This document shows positions 15,320-26,500 of a DNA stretch of 60,033 bases, one piece after another. The position numbers were made by a program, and so were the translations under genes. The number at the start of each line of letters is the position of its first letter. Positions within the stretch are counted from its first letter, which is position 1. The notes beneath the pieces are model-generated. The model had not been told where the DNA came from, searched no databases, and worked only from the letters and a program-made list of their open reading frames with translations. This stretch comes from a virus (lineage: Duplodnaviria; Caudoviricetes), in IMG/VR virus record IMGVR_UViG_3300030104_000540, positions 1 to 60,033 of that record; one strand, 5' to 3'.

Positions 15320-15768
15320 GAGATTTATTTGGATTTAAATTAAGGCAAAAACCTGTTGTTGAAGATACATTGGTATGCATTAAATGCAATACAACACAAC
15401 CAATAGATCAATTCAACGCAATGAACTATGCTAGTGATAAACCTTCTGAGATAAAGAGGACATGCAGAACTTGCATGAGAAACCAATCTAACTTAGTTAA
15501 ACAACTAAAGAAAGAGAACCCATATCCTAATGAACATTATAAATGTCCTATATGCGACAGGGATATAGAAGAGATAGGCAAGTATAACCAACCACGATTG
15601 CAGAATTGGGTGTTAGATCATTGCCATGAGACAGGCACGTTCAGAGGGTGGCTATGTCATCACTGTAACGTAGGTCTAGGTGGATTCAAAGATAGCTTGA
15701 CAAGATTAAAAAAAGCTGTAGAATACATGACTAAACATAAGGAGACAGTAAATGAAGATAGTAATTGA
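15316..15768 (+). CDS. Endonuclease VII-like HNH nuclease
   Basis: CPIC, LDHCH..G..RGWLCHHCN. Confidence 0.9.
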   Translation: MRDLFGFKLRQKPVVEDTLVCIKCNTTQPIDQFNAMNYASDKPSEIKRTCRTCMRNQSNLVKQLKKENPYPNEHYKCPICDRDIEEIGKYNQPRLQNWVLDHCHETGTFRGWLCHHCNVGLGGFKDSLTRLKKAVEYMTKHKETVNEDSN

Positions 15769-17776
15769 CGTAGAAAATACAGTACAAAAGCGTGAGGGTA
15801 AGCTACACCTTGATCCTTTTGAAGAGAAGAACGAATTAGTTATGGTAGGTGCATTGACTGAGACAGGAGATGAATACCTTATAAGAATGAGTGATAACAA
15901 TGCATCTGTAACAATACAATCTATACTAGATGAGACTACAGTAATGATAGGACATAATATTGTTCACGATTTAATGTGGTTATGGGAGTGTGGGTTTAAG
16001 TATGATGGCAAGGTATTTGATACCATGCTTGGTGAATATATACTACAAGAAGGACAGAAAGAATCCTTGACACTAGAGATGTGTGCAATGAGATATAATC
16101 TTGAGACTAAGAAACAAGATACACTCAAAGAATATTTTAAGAAAGGATATTCAGTTGCTGACATACCACCTGATGAGTTATCTGATTACTTATCTGCTGA
16201 CTTACATGCTACACAGCAATTAGCAAATGAGATATACACAAAGCTATCATCAGATGCATACAGTAACTTGTCTAATACAGTTGATCTTACTAATGATGTG
16301 GCACTATGTCTAGCTAGGATATATCGTGTAGGTTTTAATGTAGATACAAAACAACTAGACTCTGTTCGTGCTGATTTTACAAAAGAAAAACAAAAGATAG
16401 AAGAGGAGTTAATAAAAGAAACAAGATACTTCATGGGTGATACACCTATTAATTTAAATAGCCCTGAACAATTATCATGGCTTATATATTCTAGAAAACC
16501 TAAAGATAAACATGATTGGGTTATGACATTCAACTCTCATATGCCAAAGGAAGAGTTTCGTAGTGCAGTGAATGCTAAAGCAGATATACTAAGAAAGACA
16601 AAAGCAGAGCAGTGTCATGTGTGTCATGGTCATGGTAAGATAAGAAAGACTAGAAAGGATGGCACACCTTATGCAAATGAGAATAGATGTGTAGAGTGTG
16701 ATGGATTAGGATATAAGTTTATTCCTACATCTGAGTTAGCAGGTATGGGTTTCACACCACCAACTGCAAAGTGGATATCTGCAAATGGATTTACTACAAG
16801 TAAGAATAGTTTACAGTACCTAAAGTCTGTTGCTCGTCAAAAGAATATGGATAGAGCAGAGAACTTCTTAGGTAAGGTTATTAGATTATCTGCTTTAGAT
16901 AGTTATCTCTCTTCATTCGTTGAGGGTATATCTAATAATATAAAGTCTGACGGAAAGCTACACGTTAGATTATTACAACATCGCACAGCGACAGGTAGAT
17001 TTAGTGGAGCAGACCCTAACATGCAGAACATGCCAAGAGGTGGTACGTTTCCTGTTAAGCGTGTGTTCGTGTCACGATGGGATGGTGGTAAGATATTAGA
17101 AGCAGACTTCGCACAGTTAGAGTTTAGAACTGCTGCATATTTATCACAAGACGAAGTAGCAATGATGGAGATAAACAATGGGTTTGACGTACATAACTAT
17201 ACTGCCAAGATTATTTCTGAAGGTGGTCAAAAGATTAGTAGGCAGGAAGCAAAAGCACACACCTTCGCACCACTCTACGGAGCTACAGGGTTTGGGAGGT
17301 CACCTGCTGAAGCAACGTATTATAAACAGTTCACGGAAAAGTACAAAGGCATCGCACTTTGGCATTCCAGATTGGCTAAAGAAGCTCTAAACGATGGCAG
17401 AATAAAGACACCATCAGGAAGGTCATTTGCTTTTCCTGATGTGCAGAGAAGGTTTAATGGTTCACCCACACACTTTACGCAGATAAAGAACTTTCCTGTA
17501 CAGAGTTTTGCAACAGCAGATATTGTTCCTGTTACGTTGTTAGAGATTGAAAAAGAATTACAAGGTATGCAATCATGTATAGTAAATACAGTGCATGACA
17601 GTATAGTAATAGATGTACACCCTGATGAGGTTGATAGCGTACTTGATGTAATAAAAAATACTAATGATAAATTGAAAATAATTGTTGACAAACAATTCAA
17701 AATAGATTTAAATGTACCATTAGTATTAGAAGCAAAGATAGGTAATAATTGGCTTGACACGAAAGACGTTACCTGA
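15752..17776 (+). CDS. polA: Family A DNA polymerase with inserted DnaJ-type zinc finger
   Basis: DVE exonuclease site, TGRFS, DFAQLEFR, RQEAKAHTFAPLYG (F762 type), VHDS; CHVCHGHG and CVECDGLG. Confidence 0.97.
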   Translation: MKIVIDVENTVQKREGKLHLDPFEEKNELVMVGALTETGDEYLIRMSDNNASVTIQSILDETTVMIGHNIVHDLMWLWECGFKYDGKVFDTMLGEYILQEGQKESLTLEMCAMRYNLETKKQDTLKEYFKKGYSVADIPPDELSDYLSADLHATQQLANEIYTKLSSDAYSNLSNTVDLTNDVALCLARIYRVGFNVDTKQLDSVRADFTKEKQKIEEELIKETRYFMGDTPINLNSPEQLSWLIYSRKPKDKHDWVMTFNSHMPKEEFRSAVNAKADILRKTKAEQCHVCHGHGKIRKTRKDGTPYANENRCVECDGLGYKFIPTSELAGMGFTPPTAKWISANGFTTSKNSLQYLKSVARQKNMDRAENFLGKVIRLSALDSYLSSFVEGISNNIKSDGKLHVRLLQHRTATGRFSGADPNMQNMPRGGTFPVKRVFVSRWDGGKILEADFAQLEFRTAAYLSQDEVAMMEINNGFDVHNYTAKIISEGGQKISRQEAKAHTFAPLYGATGFGRSPAEATYYKQFTEKYKGIALWHSRLAKEALNDGRIKTPSGRSFAFPDVQRRFNGSPTHFTQIKNFPVQSFATADIVPVTLLEIEKELQGMQSCIVNTVHDSIVIDVHPDEVDSVLDVIKNTNDKLKIIVDKQFKIDLNVPLVLEAKIGNNWLDTKDVT

Positions 17777-17783
17777 TATAACT
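17754..17783 (+). promoter_or_regulatory. Sigma70-type promoter upstream of the SSB-like gene
   Basis: TTGACA-N17-TATAAC(T). Confidence 0.65.
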
Positions 17784-17807
17784 AGAACACTTTAGAAAGG
17801 AGTTTAT

Positions 17808-18698
17808 ATGAATATAGATACTAGCTTAAATAAGTTTGCCGATATGGCACAGAAAATGGGTATGGGAGTAGACATAACCCAAAAGAAACAGACAGCACAA
17901 CTTGCTCGTCTTAAAATACAACACTCACCTATCATGGGTGAGGTTGAAGTCAAGGGTAAAAAGACTCAAGCTGCTATAGTCAATGGTGGTTCTTATAGAA
18001 TTGATGACTTAGCAAGTGAGAGTGTATTCTACTCTGACGATGTAACAATCAGACCCTATGTACAAAGATTTATGTACAAGAAGTTTGTCAAGCCTGAGTC
18101 AGGCAAGGGTTTCTACGTTAAGACTATCATGGCAGACAACTTAAATGTTGATCTGAAGGACAACATGGGTGGGTTTAACTGTGGAAAACCAGCAGGTTTT
18201 GTAAAAGATTATCAAGCATTACCTGTAAAGACAAAGGAACTCTTGAAGAGTATTAAAAGAGTGAGGGTACTGATTGGAACACTATCAGCAGGGTCAGTTC
18301 TGAATGCTGATGGTAATGATGTCATGGAGATTGGAGACTTGCCATTTATTTGGGAAGTGGACAACCGAGATGCATTCAAGATTATGGGAGAACCCATATC
18401 TAAAATAGGTGGCAGGAGACATCTTCCTGTGCAGTACAAAATTAAGTTAGGTTCTGAACAACGAAAGTTGCCTAACGGAAATGCGTACTACCTACCTACT
18501 GCAACTTTACAAGACGAAGTGTTGGAAGTAGAAGATAGCACACAAGATCATTTCTCTGACTTTATGCAATGGATTGAGAATTATAACTCTTATATCTTCA
18601 ATGCATGGAATGATAAAGCAAAGCCTGAAGAGCTATCTAAGTCTGATAAAGATGTGGTATCAGAACTTGTTGATGTTGATGATGAAGTACCATTCTAA
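17808..18698 (+). CDS. Putative single-stranded DNA-binding protein
   Basis: Position after polA; acidic tail ending DDEVPF. Confidence 0.7.
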   Translation: MNIDTSLNKFADMAQKMGMGVDITQKKQTAQLARLKIQHSPIMGEVEVKGKKTQAAIVNGGSYRIDDLASESVFYSDDVTIRPYVQRFMYKKFVKPESGKGFYVKTIMADNLNVDLKDNMGGFNCGKPAGFVKDYQALPVKTKELLKSIKRVRVLIGTLSAGSVLNADGNDVMEIGDLPFIWEVDNRDAFKIMGEPISKIGGRRHLPVQYKIKLGSEQRKLPNGNAYYLPTATLQDEVLEVEDSTQDHFSDFMQWIENYNSYIFNAWNDKAKPEELSKSDKDVVSELVDVDDEVPF

Positions 18699-19552
18699 TG
18701 AACTCAGCAGAAGAACTAAAGGTACACAGATACTTAGATAAGGCAGTTAAAGGTACTGCAACAATGAGTGATGACACAATTGAGCAGGTTGTGTCACACA
18801 TACGAGACAGCTTGAAGAAACAATTCTCTCCTCAACAGAAGGACTTTCGTATCAGGATGTCCAACATTGGCAGACCTTACTGTCAACTTTGGTTCTTAAA
18901 AAACAAACCTGATTCACGTATACACCCACCTGCTAAGATGATAATGAATTTTATGATGGGCGATATTGTTGAAGCAGTATTCAAAGGGATACTACGTGAG
19001 TCAGGTGTTAAATACGAAGACGATAATAGTGAAGTGTCTCTAGAAATAGAGGGCAACAGTATTAAAGGAACGTATGATTTATCTATCAATGATTCAGTTG
19101 ATGACATTAAATCTGCATCTATGTGGTCTTACACAAACAAGTTTATATCATTTGATACTATCAAAAACAGTGATCCGTTTGGTTATGTAGGACAACTAGC
19201 AGGTTATGCTAAAGCTGCCAAGAAGAAAGTTGGTGGTTGGTGGGTTATTAATAAGAACAATGCAGAGTTTAAATATATACCTGCTACTACAATGAACCTT
19301 GATGAAGAGATAGGCAAAATTAAAAAGACATTCAAACGTCTTGAAGAAAATAAATTTGAAAGGTGTTATGAAGCAGAAGATGAAACATTCAGAGGTAAAC
19401 ATACAGGTAATAAAGTCCTCAGTAAGAATTGTAACTTTTGTGAGTTTCGTTTTTCATGTTGGACTTCTCTTGTAGAGAAACCACAGATGGCATCAAAGGC
19501 AAAAGAACCTAGGATGATGTCCTATGTTTATGAAAAAAATGTCAGCATATAG
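18698..19552 (+). CDS. PD-(D/E)XK (Cas4/RecB-like) exonuclease
   Basis: RMSNIGRPYCQLW, GTYD, DIKS, QLAGY, CNFCEFRFSC. Confidence 0.88.
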   Translation: MNSAEELKVHRYLDKAVKGTATMSDDTIEQVVSHIRDSLKKQFSPQQKDFRIRMSNIGRPYCQLWFLKNKPDSRIHPPAKMIMNFMMGDIVEAVFKGILRESGVKYEDDNSEVSLEIEGNSIKGTYDLSINDSVDDIKSASMWSYTNKFISFDTIKNSDPFGYVGQLAGYAKAAKKKVGGWWVINKNNAEFKYIPATTMNLDEEIGKIKKTFKRLEENKFERCYEAEDETFRGKHTGNKVLSKNCNFCEFRFSCWTSLVEKPQMASKAKEPRMMSYVYEKNVSI

Positions 19553-19994
19553 TGCTAGACAGATAGCACGAAAGAATGGGTATAGGAGTGGTTTAGAAGA
19601 TACTCTTGCTACTTACCTAAAAGAATTAAAGGTAGCTTTCACATATGAAAAGCTAAAGATAGAATGGGAAGACCTTGCTTATCGCACCTATACCCCTGAT
19701 TTTGTATTAGACAATGGTATAATAATAGAAACCAAGGGAATATTTAATGCTTTGGATAGACGTAAACATAAGGCTATCAAAAAGCAACACCCCAAATTAG
19801 ATATTCGTTTTGTGTTTACAAATAGTAGAAGAAAATTACGTAAAGGTGCAAAGTCCTCTTACGCAGAGTGGTGTATCCGATATGGGTTTCGTTATTGTGA
19901 TAGGGTTGTTCCTGAAGATTGGCTAAAAGAAAAAGGAAAAAGATTAACATTAACATTTATACCTTTTAAAGGTAGAAAAGTAAAAAGGAGTTAA
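19524..19994 (+). CDS. T7 gp3-like endonuclease I (Holliday junction resolvase)
   Basis: YRSGLE, YTPDF, IETKG, DIRFVF. Confidence 0.95.
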   Translation: MFMKKMSAYSARQIARKNGYRSGLEDTLATYLKELKVAFTYEKLKIEWEDLAYRTYTPDFVLDNGIIIETKGIFNALDRRKHKAIKKQHPKLDIRFVFTNSRRKLRKGAKSSYAEWCIRYGFRYCDRVVPEDWLKEKGKRLTLTFIPFKGRKVKRS

Positions 19995-19997
19995 CAT

Positions 19998-20348
19998 ATG
20001 AAAAAAATAGATACTAAATTCTTAAAGCCTGAAGATTTTATAATTAATGTGAGACCTCAATTAGACAGTAAAAGAGCATGGACAGGTCAAGTTGAAATTA
20101 ATATTATGTCTTCAAAAGAAAATGGCTTAACCCATTTTGACAACGAAGCACTGTTTCATTTATGTACATGCATGTCTGCTATTGTTCCTATGATGGAGCT
20201 AGACAAAGATTTACTATATGAAATAGAAGACTTTATAAAAGAGATGAAGAAAAAAGACACAAGAGCTAATGATAAGTTGACAGTGCAAAGTAAAGATGGT
20301 AATGTGATCACATTAGATTTTAAATCAGATACTGAAGGGAGTGCTTAA
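19998..20348 (+). CDS. Hypothetical protein
   Basis: AGGAG SD; C-terminal NVITLDF. Confidence 0.7.
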   Translation: MKKIDTKFLKPEDFIINVRPQLDSKRAWTGQVEINIMSSKENGLTHFDNEALFHLCTCMSAIVPMMELDKDLLYEIEDFIKEMKKKDTRANDKLTVQSKDGNVITLDFKSDTEGSA

Positions 20349-20638
20349 TGGATGCTACAATAAAAGAAAGAATAGAATTTGAAAAAGGAATTAATATTGA
20401 TGATTTTACAGCAGAAGAGTCTGATATGGTTAATCATCCACCACACTACAATCAAAAAGGTATTGAGTGTATTGATGCTATTCAAGCTGCAACAGATACA
20501 GGGTTTGAGTATTATCTGCAAGGAAACATAATGAAATATCTTTGGAGATATAGATATAAAGAAGGTTCTCAAGATTTAAAAAAGGCTCTTTGGTATCTTA
20601 ATAAATTAATAGAGATTAAAGATGCGAATACAAGTTAG
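20348..20638 (+). CDS. DUF3310 / T7 gp1.7-like nucleotide kinase
   Basis: VNHPPHY, IECIDAI, GNIMKYLWRY, DLKKALWYL. Confidence 0.88.
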   Translation: MDATIKERIEFEKGINIDDFTAEESDMVNHPPHYNQKGIECIDAIQAATDTGFEYYLQGNIMKYLWRYRYKEGSQDLKKALWYLNKLIEIKDANTS

Positions 20639-20798
20639 AATGTGGTTAAATCTAGATATAGACCCTGAAGATTATTTAATACCTTCAGACGGAGATATTA
20701 TAGCAGAAATAGAAGATGGTGTTCGTGAGTATATCCACGATATAAATGGAGTAGAAATTAAAACAATGAAAGTAACACAGGAGATAAAAGATGAATAA
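20622..20798 (+). CDS. 58-aa acidic hypothetical protein
   Basis: Manual translation (MRIQVRMWLNLDIDPEDY...); fills the gap. Confidence 0.65.
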   Translation: MRIQVRMWLNLDIDPEDYLIPSDGDIIAEIEDGVREYIHDINGVEIKTMKVTQEIKDE

Positions 20799-22761
20799 TG
20801 ATATAAAATTACCAACGGATTATCAAAACTTTATTGCACTATCTAGGTATGCTAGATGGTTAGAACATGAAAGTAGAAGAGAAACATGGGCAGAAACAGT
20901 AGAAAGATATGTAAACTATATTGTTACTCACGTTTCTAAAAAACACAACTTAGATTTATCTCTTGAGTTGCAAGAGAAAATATACAATAATATAATTAAT
21001 TTAAATGTAATGCCAAGCATGAGAGCTTTAATGACAGCAGGTAAAGCACTAGACAAATGTAATGTAGCAGGATATAACTGTTCTTACTTACCTGTAGATA
21101 GCCCTCGTGCATTTGACGAATGTATGTATATTCTTATGTGTGGTACAGGTGTAGGTTTCTCTGTAGAAAGAGAGAACATTGATAAACTTCCTGTAGTTAA
21201 TGAACACTTTGAAGATAGTACAACAGTAATTAAAGTTGCCGATTCAAGATCAGGTTGGGCAAGGGCAGTAAGAGAACTTATCGCTATGTTATATGTAGGT
21301 CAAGTTCCTGAGTTTGATGTTGAAGATGTCAGACCAGCAGGTGCAAGACTTAAAACATTTGGTGGTAGAGCTTCAGGTCCTGAACCACTCGTAGACTTTT
21401 ATCGGTTTTGTGTCGCAGTGTTTAAGGGTGCAGCAGGTAGAAGGTTATATCCTATAGAATGCCACGACATAATGTGTAAGATTGGTGAGGTAGTAGTCGT
21501 AGGTGGGGTTAGACGATCTGCTCTCATCAGTCTTTCCAATTTAGGTGATGACCAAATGAGACATGCTAAGTCAGGTCAATGGTGGGAGAATGAAGGTCAA
21601 CGTGCGTTAGCAAATAATAGTGTAGCATACAGAGGTAAGATAAGTATGGAAACATTTATGCGTGAATGGTTGGCTCTTGTTGAAAGTAAGTCAGGTGAGC
21701 GTGGTATATTTAATAGAGACTCAGCTAAAGCCCAAGCAGGTAAAAGTGGAAGACGTAATATAGACCATGCATTTGGTTGTAACCCTTGCAGTGAGATTAT
21801 ACTTAGACCATACCAATTCTGTAACTTATCTGAGGTAGTAGTCAGAGCAGATGATACTGAAGAAACTCTACTTGAGAAGGTAGAGATAGCTACAATACTA
21901 GGTACGTTACAGTCTACTCTTACAGACTTTAAATATCTACGTAAGATATGGAAAGATAATACAGAAGAGGAGAGATTACTTGGTGTATCACTAACAGGTA
22001 TAATGGACAGTGAACTATTTAATGCTCATAACACAATCTTTTTTGAAGATGGTCAAAGAGTATTTGATGGTTTAAGAGTTGGTGACATATTAGAAAAACT
22101 AAAAAAGAAAGCAGTTGATACAAACAAAAAACTTGCAAAGAAATTAGGCATACCACAGTCAACTGCTATTACCTGCGTCAAACCAAGTGGTACTGTATCT
22201 CAACTAGTAGACAGTGCTAGTGGCATACACACTAGGTATAGTGAATATTATATCCGTACTGTACGTGGTGATAACAAAGACCCACTAACAGAGTTTATGA
22301 AGTCGGCAGGCATACCTAATGAACCTGATGTAATGAAGCCTGACAGCACTACAGTGTTTAGCTTTCCTATGAAAGCACCTAAAGGAGCACAGACAGAGCT
22401 TAGTGCAATAGACCAACTACTCACTTGGCAAACTTTTCAAGAGTATTGGTGTGAACATAAACCATCTGTAACTATATCTGTCAAAGAAGATGATTGGCTA
22501 GAGGTTGGTAATTGGGTATATAAAAATTTTGATGATGTATCAGGAATTAGTTTTCTACCTCATAGTGATCATACTTATGCACAAGCACCTTACCAAGCTA
22601 TTGACAAGGAAAAGTATGACGATCTAGTAAAACAGATGCCTAAAGATATTGATTGGAATAGACTTGTTGAGTTTGAGAAAGGTGTTGACACCACAGCAGG
22701 TAGTAAAGAACTCGCATGTACAGCAGGTGTATGTGAAGTCGTAGACATAGTAGCAACATAG
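20791..22761 (+). CDS. nrdJ: Class II (B12-dependent) ribonucleotide reductase
   Basis: NCSY, GGVRRSA, NPCSEI, CVKPSGT, C-terminal CTAGVC; no beta subunit gene. Confidence 0.92.
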   Translation: MNNDIKLPTDYQNFIALSRYARWLEHESRRETWAETVERYVNYIVTHVSKKHNLDLSLELQEKIYNNIINLNVMPSMRALMTAGKALDKCNVAGYNCSYLPVDSPRAFDECMYILMCGTGVGFSVERENIDKLPVVNEHFEDSTTVIKVADSRSGWARAVRELIAMLYVGQVPEFDVEDVRPAGARLKTFGGRASGPEPLVDFYRFCVAVFKGAAGRRLYPIECHDIMCKIGEVVVVGGVRRSALISLSNLGDDQMRHAKSGQWWENEGQRALANNSVAYRGKISMETFMREWLALVESKSGERGIFNRDSAKAQAGKSGRRNIDHAFGCNPCSEIILRPYQFCNLSEVVVRADDTEETLLEKVEIATILGTLQSTLTDFKYLRKIWKDNTEEERLLGVSLTGIMDSELFNAHNTIFFEDGQRVFDGLRVGDILEKLKKKAVDTNKKLAKKLGIPQSTAITCVKPSGTVSQLVDSASGIHTRYSEYYIRTVRGDNKDPLTEFMKSAGIPNEPDVMKPDSTTVFSFPMKAPKGAQTELSAIDQLLTWQTFQEYWCEHKPSVTISVKEDDWLEVGNWVYKNFDDVSGISFLPHSDHTYAQAPYQAIDKEKYDDLVKQMPKDIDWNRLVEFEKGVDTTAGSKELACTAGVCEVVDIVAT

Positions 22762-22774
22762 AAAGGAGAATATT

Positions 22775-22963
22775 ATGACTGAAGAAGATAAGAAAAAAAT
22801 AGAAGGAGTGTTTGATATAAAACCTAGAACACCATTAGAAGTACAGGAATTAATTATAGGTTCATCTAAAAAAATGACACTATTAAGTATATTTAATGGT
22901 TTAATGCAAGAGAATGCCAACCTTAAAAAACAAATAGAGGAGATGAAGAATGTTAAAACGTAG
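22775..22963 (+). CDS. Hypothetical protein
   Basis: AAGGAG SD. Confidence 0.6.
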   Translation: MTEEDKKKIEGVFDIKPRTPLEVQELIIGSSKKMTLLSIFNGLMQENANLKKQIEEMKNVKT

Positions 22964-23192
22964 ACATGGTTTAAAAAAATATGATGCACCTCTGCGAATA
23001 CAGTTTGATAAAGGTAGAAGTGCTTTCTTTAGAGGTACAGATTACAATGGTAAACTTTTAATGCCACCTTATAATTCTAACTCAATGCAGTATAGAGAGT
23101 GGTTACGTGGATTTAACTCTGCATTTGCACAAAATAATAAGAAGGTTAAGAATTATGAATCTAGAAGAGGAAGCAAAACAGTTCATGCATAA
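22950..23192 (+). CDS. Hypothetical protein (PY...REWLRGFN)
   Basis: ORF; packed operon. Confidence 0.65.
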   Translation: MLKRRHGLKKYDAPLRIQFDKGRSAFFRGTDYNGKLLMPPYNSNSMQYREWLRGFNSAFAQNNKKVKNYESRRGSKTVHA

Positions 23193-23517
23193 TAAGAACA
23201 GATGTTTATTAGTAGCTTCAGACTATCAACTGAAAGCAAAAGAGACAGCCATCTTTCCTAAAGACAAAGCTCTTGAGTATTTGTGTTTGGGTTTAGTGGG
23301 TGAAGCAGGTGAGATAGCTAATAAAGCTAAGAAGGTTATACGTGACAATAAAAAAGATCACGATCTTGGTGGTGAGATTGGTGATGTGTTATGGTACTGT
23401 GCTATGTTAGCTGACCATTTAAAGTTAGACTTAGGTGCTATAATGCAATCTAATCTTGACAAGTTAAGTGATAGAAAGAAACGTGGTGTGTTAGGTGGTA
23501 GTGGAGATAGAAGATAA
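23155..23517 (+). CDS. mazG: MazG-like nucleotide pyrophosphohydrolase
   Basis: LGLVGEAGEIANK, EIGDVLWY, NLDKL..R..RG. Confidence 0.92.
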   Translation: MNLEEEAKQFMHNKNRCLLVASDYQLKAKETAIFPKDKALEYLCLGLVGEAGEIANKAKKVIRDNKKDHDLGGEIGDVLWYCAMLADHLKLDLGAIMQSNLDKLSDRKKRGVLGGSGDRR

Positions 23518-23519
23518 TA

Positions 23520-26500
23520 TTATAATTGTCTTGCTAATAATCTTCCTATCATAGCACCTCTTCTATAATCGCCGGATTGTTCTACAGTTGTTTTAAAATA
23601 CTTTTTATAGTAGTCATTGGCTAACTTACGTGCATTACGTGGTGTTTTTTGCCATTGACTTCTATCAAAAGGTGTGAAAGAAACGATTGTACCTTTCTTA
23701 GAAAGTTTCTGTGCTTCAACTTCCCCTATCATCTTAGCTATTTTTCTTAAATCTCTTAAATATATTTTTACAGCAGCTAGTTTTTCAGGTTCTGTTTTCT
23801 TTTTATATGCATCTGAATCTACTAATGAACCAATATGTTCTTCAATTAAAGGACCTAGTTGTTCCTTTGTTAATCTATCAGCTATTTTATCTCCTGTTGT
23901 AGGTAAAAGTTCAAAACTTTTATATCCTAATCTAGTTAGCTCTGACTCAGCAGAGTTTGCTCTCTCCCTAAATCTTAAACCTAAAAACTGTCCTAGTATA
24001 GGAGACTGTGTACGCACTGTAGCTTCTCTTGATGGCGATTCAAACTCAGGTAATGTCTGTGATGCATAAGGAATACCTTTGTATAGTTTATTTATAAACG
24101 CATGTACTGCTCTGTCTTTAGCTCCAATACCATCAACTGAATTAGAGTCTCTTACTATTGCTTCTTCCTCGTCAAAAGCCGCAACAACATCTTTAACCAC
24201 ACGAGCAGGTGTAACAAATCCTGCTGTTACCTCTCCTACATATCCACCTAATATCTCTCCAAGTTTCTCTGTTCCAATAGATTCTAATCCACCTTCTGCA
24301 CCAATTACTTCATATAATTTATCAACTGTGTAGGAAGCTGCTCCTGCTCTAAACTGAGCACCTGTAAATCCATCTATAAAATCTTTACCTTTTAATTTAT
24401 CTAACTCTCCATTAGTGTACTTAATTATCATGTCAGCTACAATCATATAAGGTGCTGCAGGGAAGAAAGGTCTCATATCAATTGTTCTTCCATCAGGTGT
24501 CTTAACATTATACCATTCTGTATCTTGATTTTTAGAGCGAAAATATATGGCTGTTCCTAATGCAGCTGAACCCACCATACCTTGTGACATTCTTTGTCTT
24601 GATGCTCTTAATGCACCCTCACTTACTTCTTTACCTGCACCTATCATTCCTGTTTGAATTGCACCTTGAAATAAACCATAAGCTCCATTAAGAGGATTGT
24701 ATTTTAATTGAAATGCCATAGCGTTTGCCATAAATCTTGCAAACGGAAATTCACCTGTACCAATAACTGGAACCATAGGAAATGATTCAACAAATCTAAC
24801 AAAGTGATGTGCTGGACCTTGCTTTGGCATAAAAGCAAATGTATTTCTTAGAGCATATTCCATTCCACCTTGTAGTAAATCAACATCTATTCTTTTTCCA
24901 AACTCTCTTTCATCTAAAGGTATATCTGCTCTACGCATATTACGCAATACATAATCAGAAAAGAAAGCTCTTCTAAACATAACATCTTGTGTTAGGTTTA
25001 AATAGTTTGCATACCTAGAAAATGCAGTCAATGTTTCTGTTTCATCTGGACCTACATCACCAAGAGTACGAAAAATAATTTTAGCTATCTTTGGGTTATG
25101 TCTTAATAGCAGATCAGACATCTCTTTACTTTTACCTTGTTGTGCAAAAGCTACAGCTAAACCAAAACTATCTTTTGTCCAATCTCTTAATCCTTGAGCA
25201 AATGCTTCACCTGAAGCATTACCTTTAAAAGCACCTCTCAATGCTCTACCACCATGATATAAACTAGCTTCCATAGTATTTGCTAATGTCTCAAAAGAGA
25301 TAACAGTTAGACCTGTCGCCACGTTTCTTGCTGTTGTTGCAATCTGTGTAACCATTAAAGCTCTACGTTCTCTATCTAATCTTTTCATAAAACCATAGAA
25401 AGAACCTAATGCACTTCCTACCTCTTCACTTGCTCCGTATGAGTCATCTAGTCTTTGTTTTAAATCAGGACTAAGATTAGTTAGTGTCTTTCTTAACTTT
25501 CCTAGTTGCCCTCTAGCTCCTAGCATTTGTGCAGCTTCTCTGATGGACATTCTTTCCATCACAGCAAATTCATCTGTCGTCTGTAAAAAATCTAATAGGT
25601 CTTTTGTTGTTAAACCCTGCCTACTCAACGCACTTTCTAAAACATCTTCATCAATCTTATCAATGTTTCTCACAACATTCATTACAGTATCACTAACTCT
25701 TTTATCTTTTTTAGCTCTCTGTTTTAATATGATTGGAACACCTTTATCCCTTTGTGTTTTTGCTATATCAAGAACTATCTTACCCATTTTTACAGATAGA
25801 TCAACCAATACTTTTGCATCTACAATAGGTGGCTGTCTAAGTATTTCTTGTTTTGTTAATATGTTTTGATCTAGCTTTTCTTTTGCACTAGTAGGGTCTA
25901 GTTTTTTTGTGTTTGGTGGTTCTGTAAATCCTTGTTTCTCTGCCTGTTGTTGTCTTTTAATATCTCTTTGTCTTCTTTTCATTTGCCCTTCTGTTAGAGG
26001 ACCAATAAAATCATCTTCAACCTTTTGTTTTTTCTGCAATCTTTCTTGTTGTTTTTTAATTAATCTTTCTGCTTCATCTAATCTATCTTGCCTAATAACT
26101 CTACCCTCTATCGGATCAATCGTTTCTAAATCTTCTTTCTCTAATATCTTTTTTGCTTCTTCTGCTTGTTTCTTTTGAGTTTTACTTTTACCTAACAATT
26201 TAGCTGTGCCTACTAATGTTCCACCAAGAGCACCACCAATACCTGCAAACATTATAGATTCAAAAGCAGTTGACATTAAATCTATCTCAGCATCAGGTGT
26301 TAAAGGATTACCTTCAGCATCTGTCATATAACTTTTTCTTTTTATGTCTTGATCAGCTAAGTTATACATAGCACCATATCCTGCACCTGATATAGAACCA
26401 CCTATTATAGCTTGAGTAACATTATTTTTTGGCACAAACCTTTTGAGTCCTTCTTTGATAGCCATCTTTCCAACAACTGCTGTTCCAATTTTTGCCGCTC

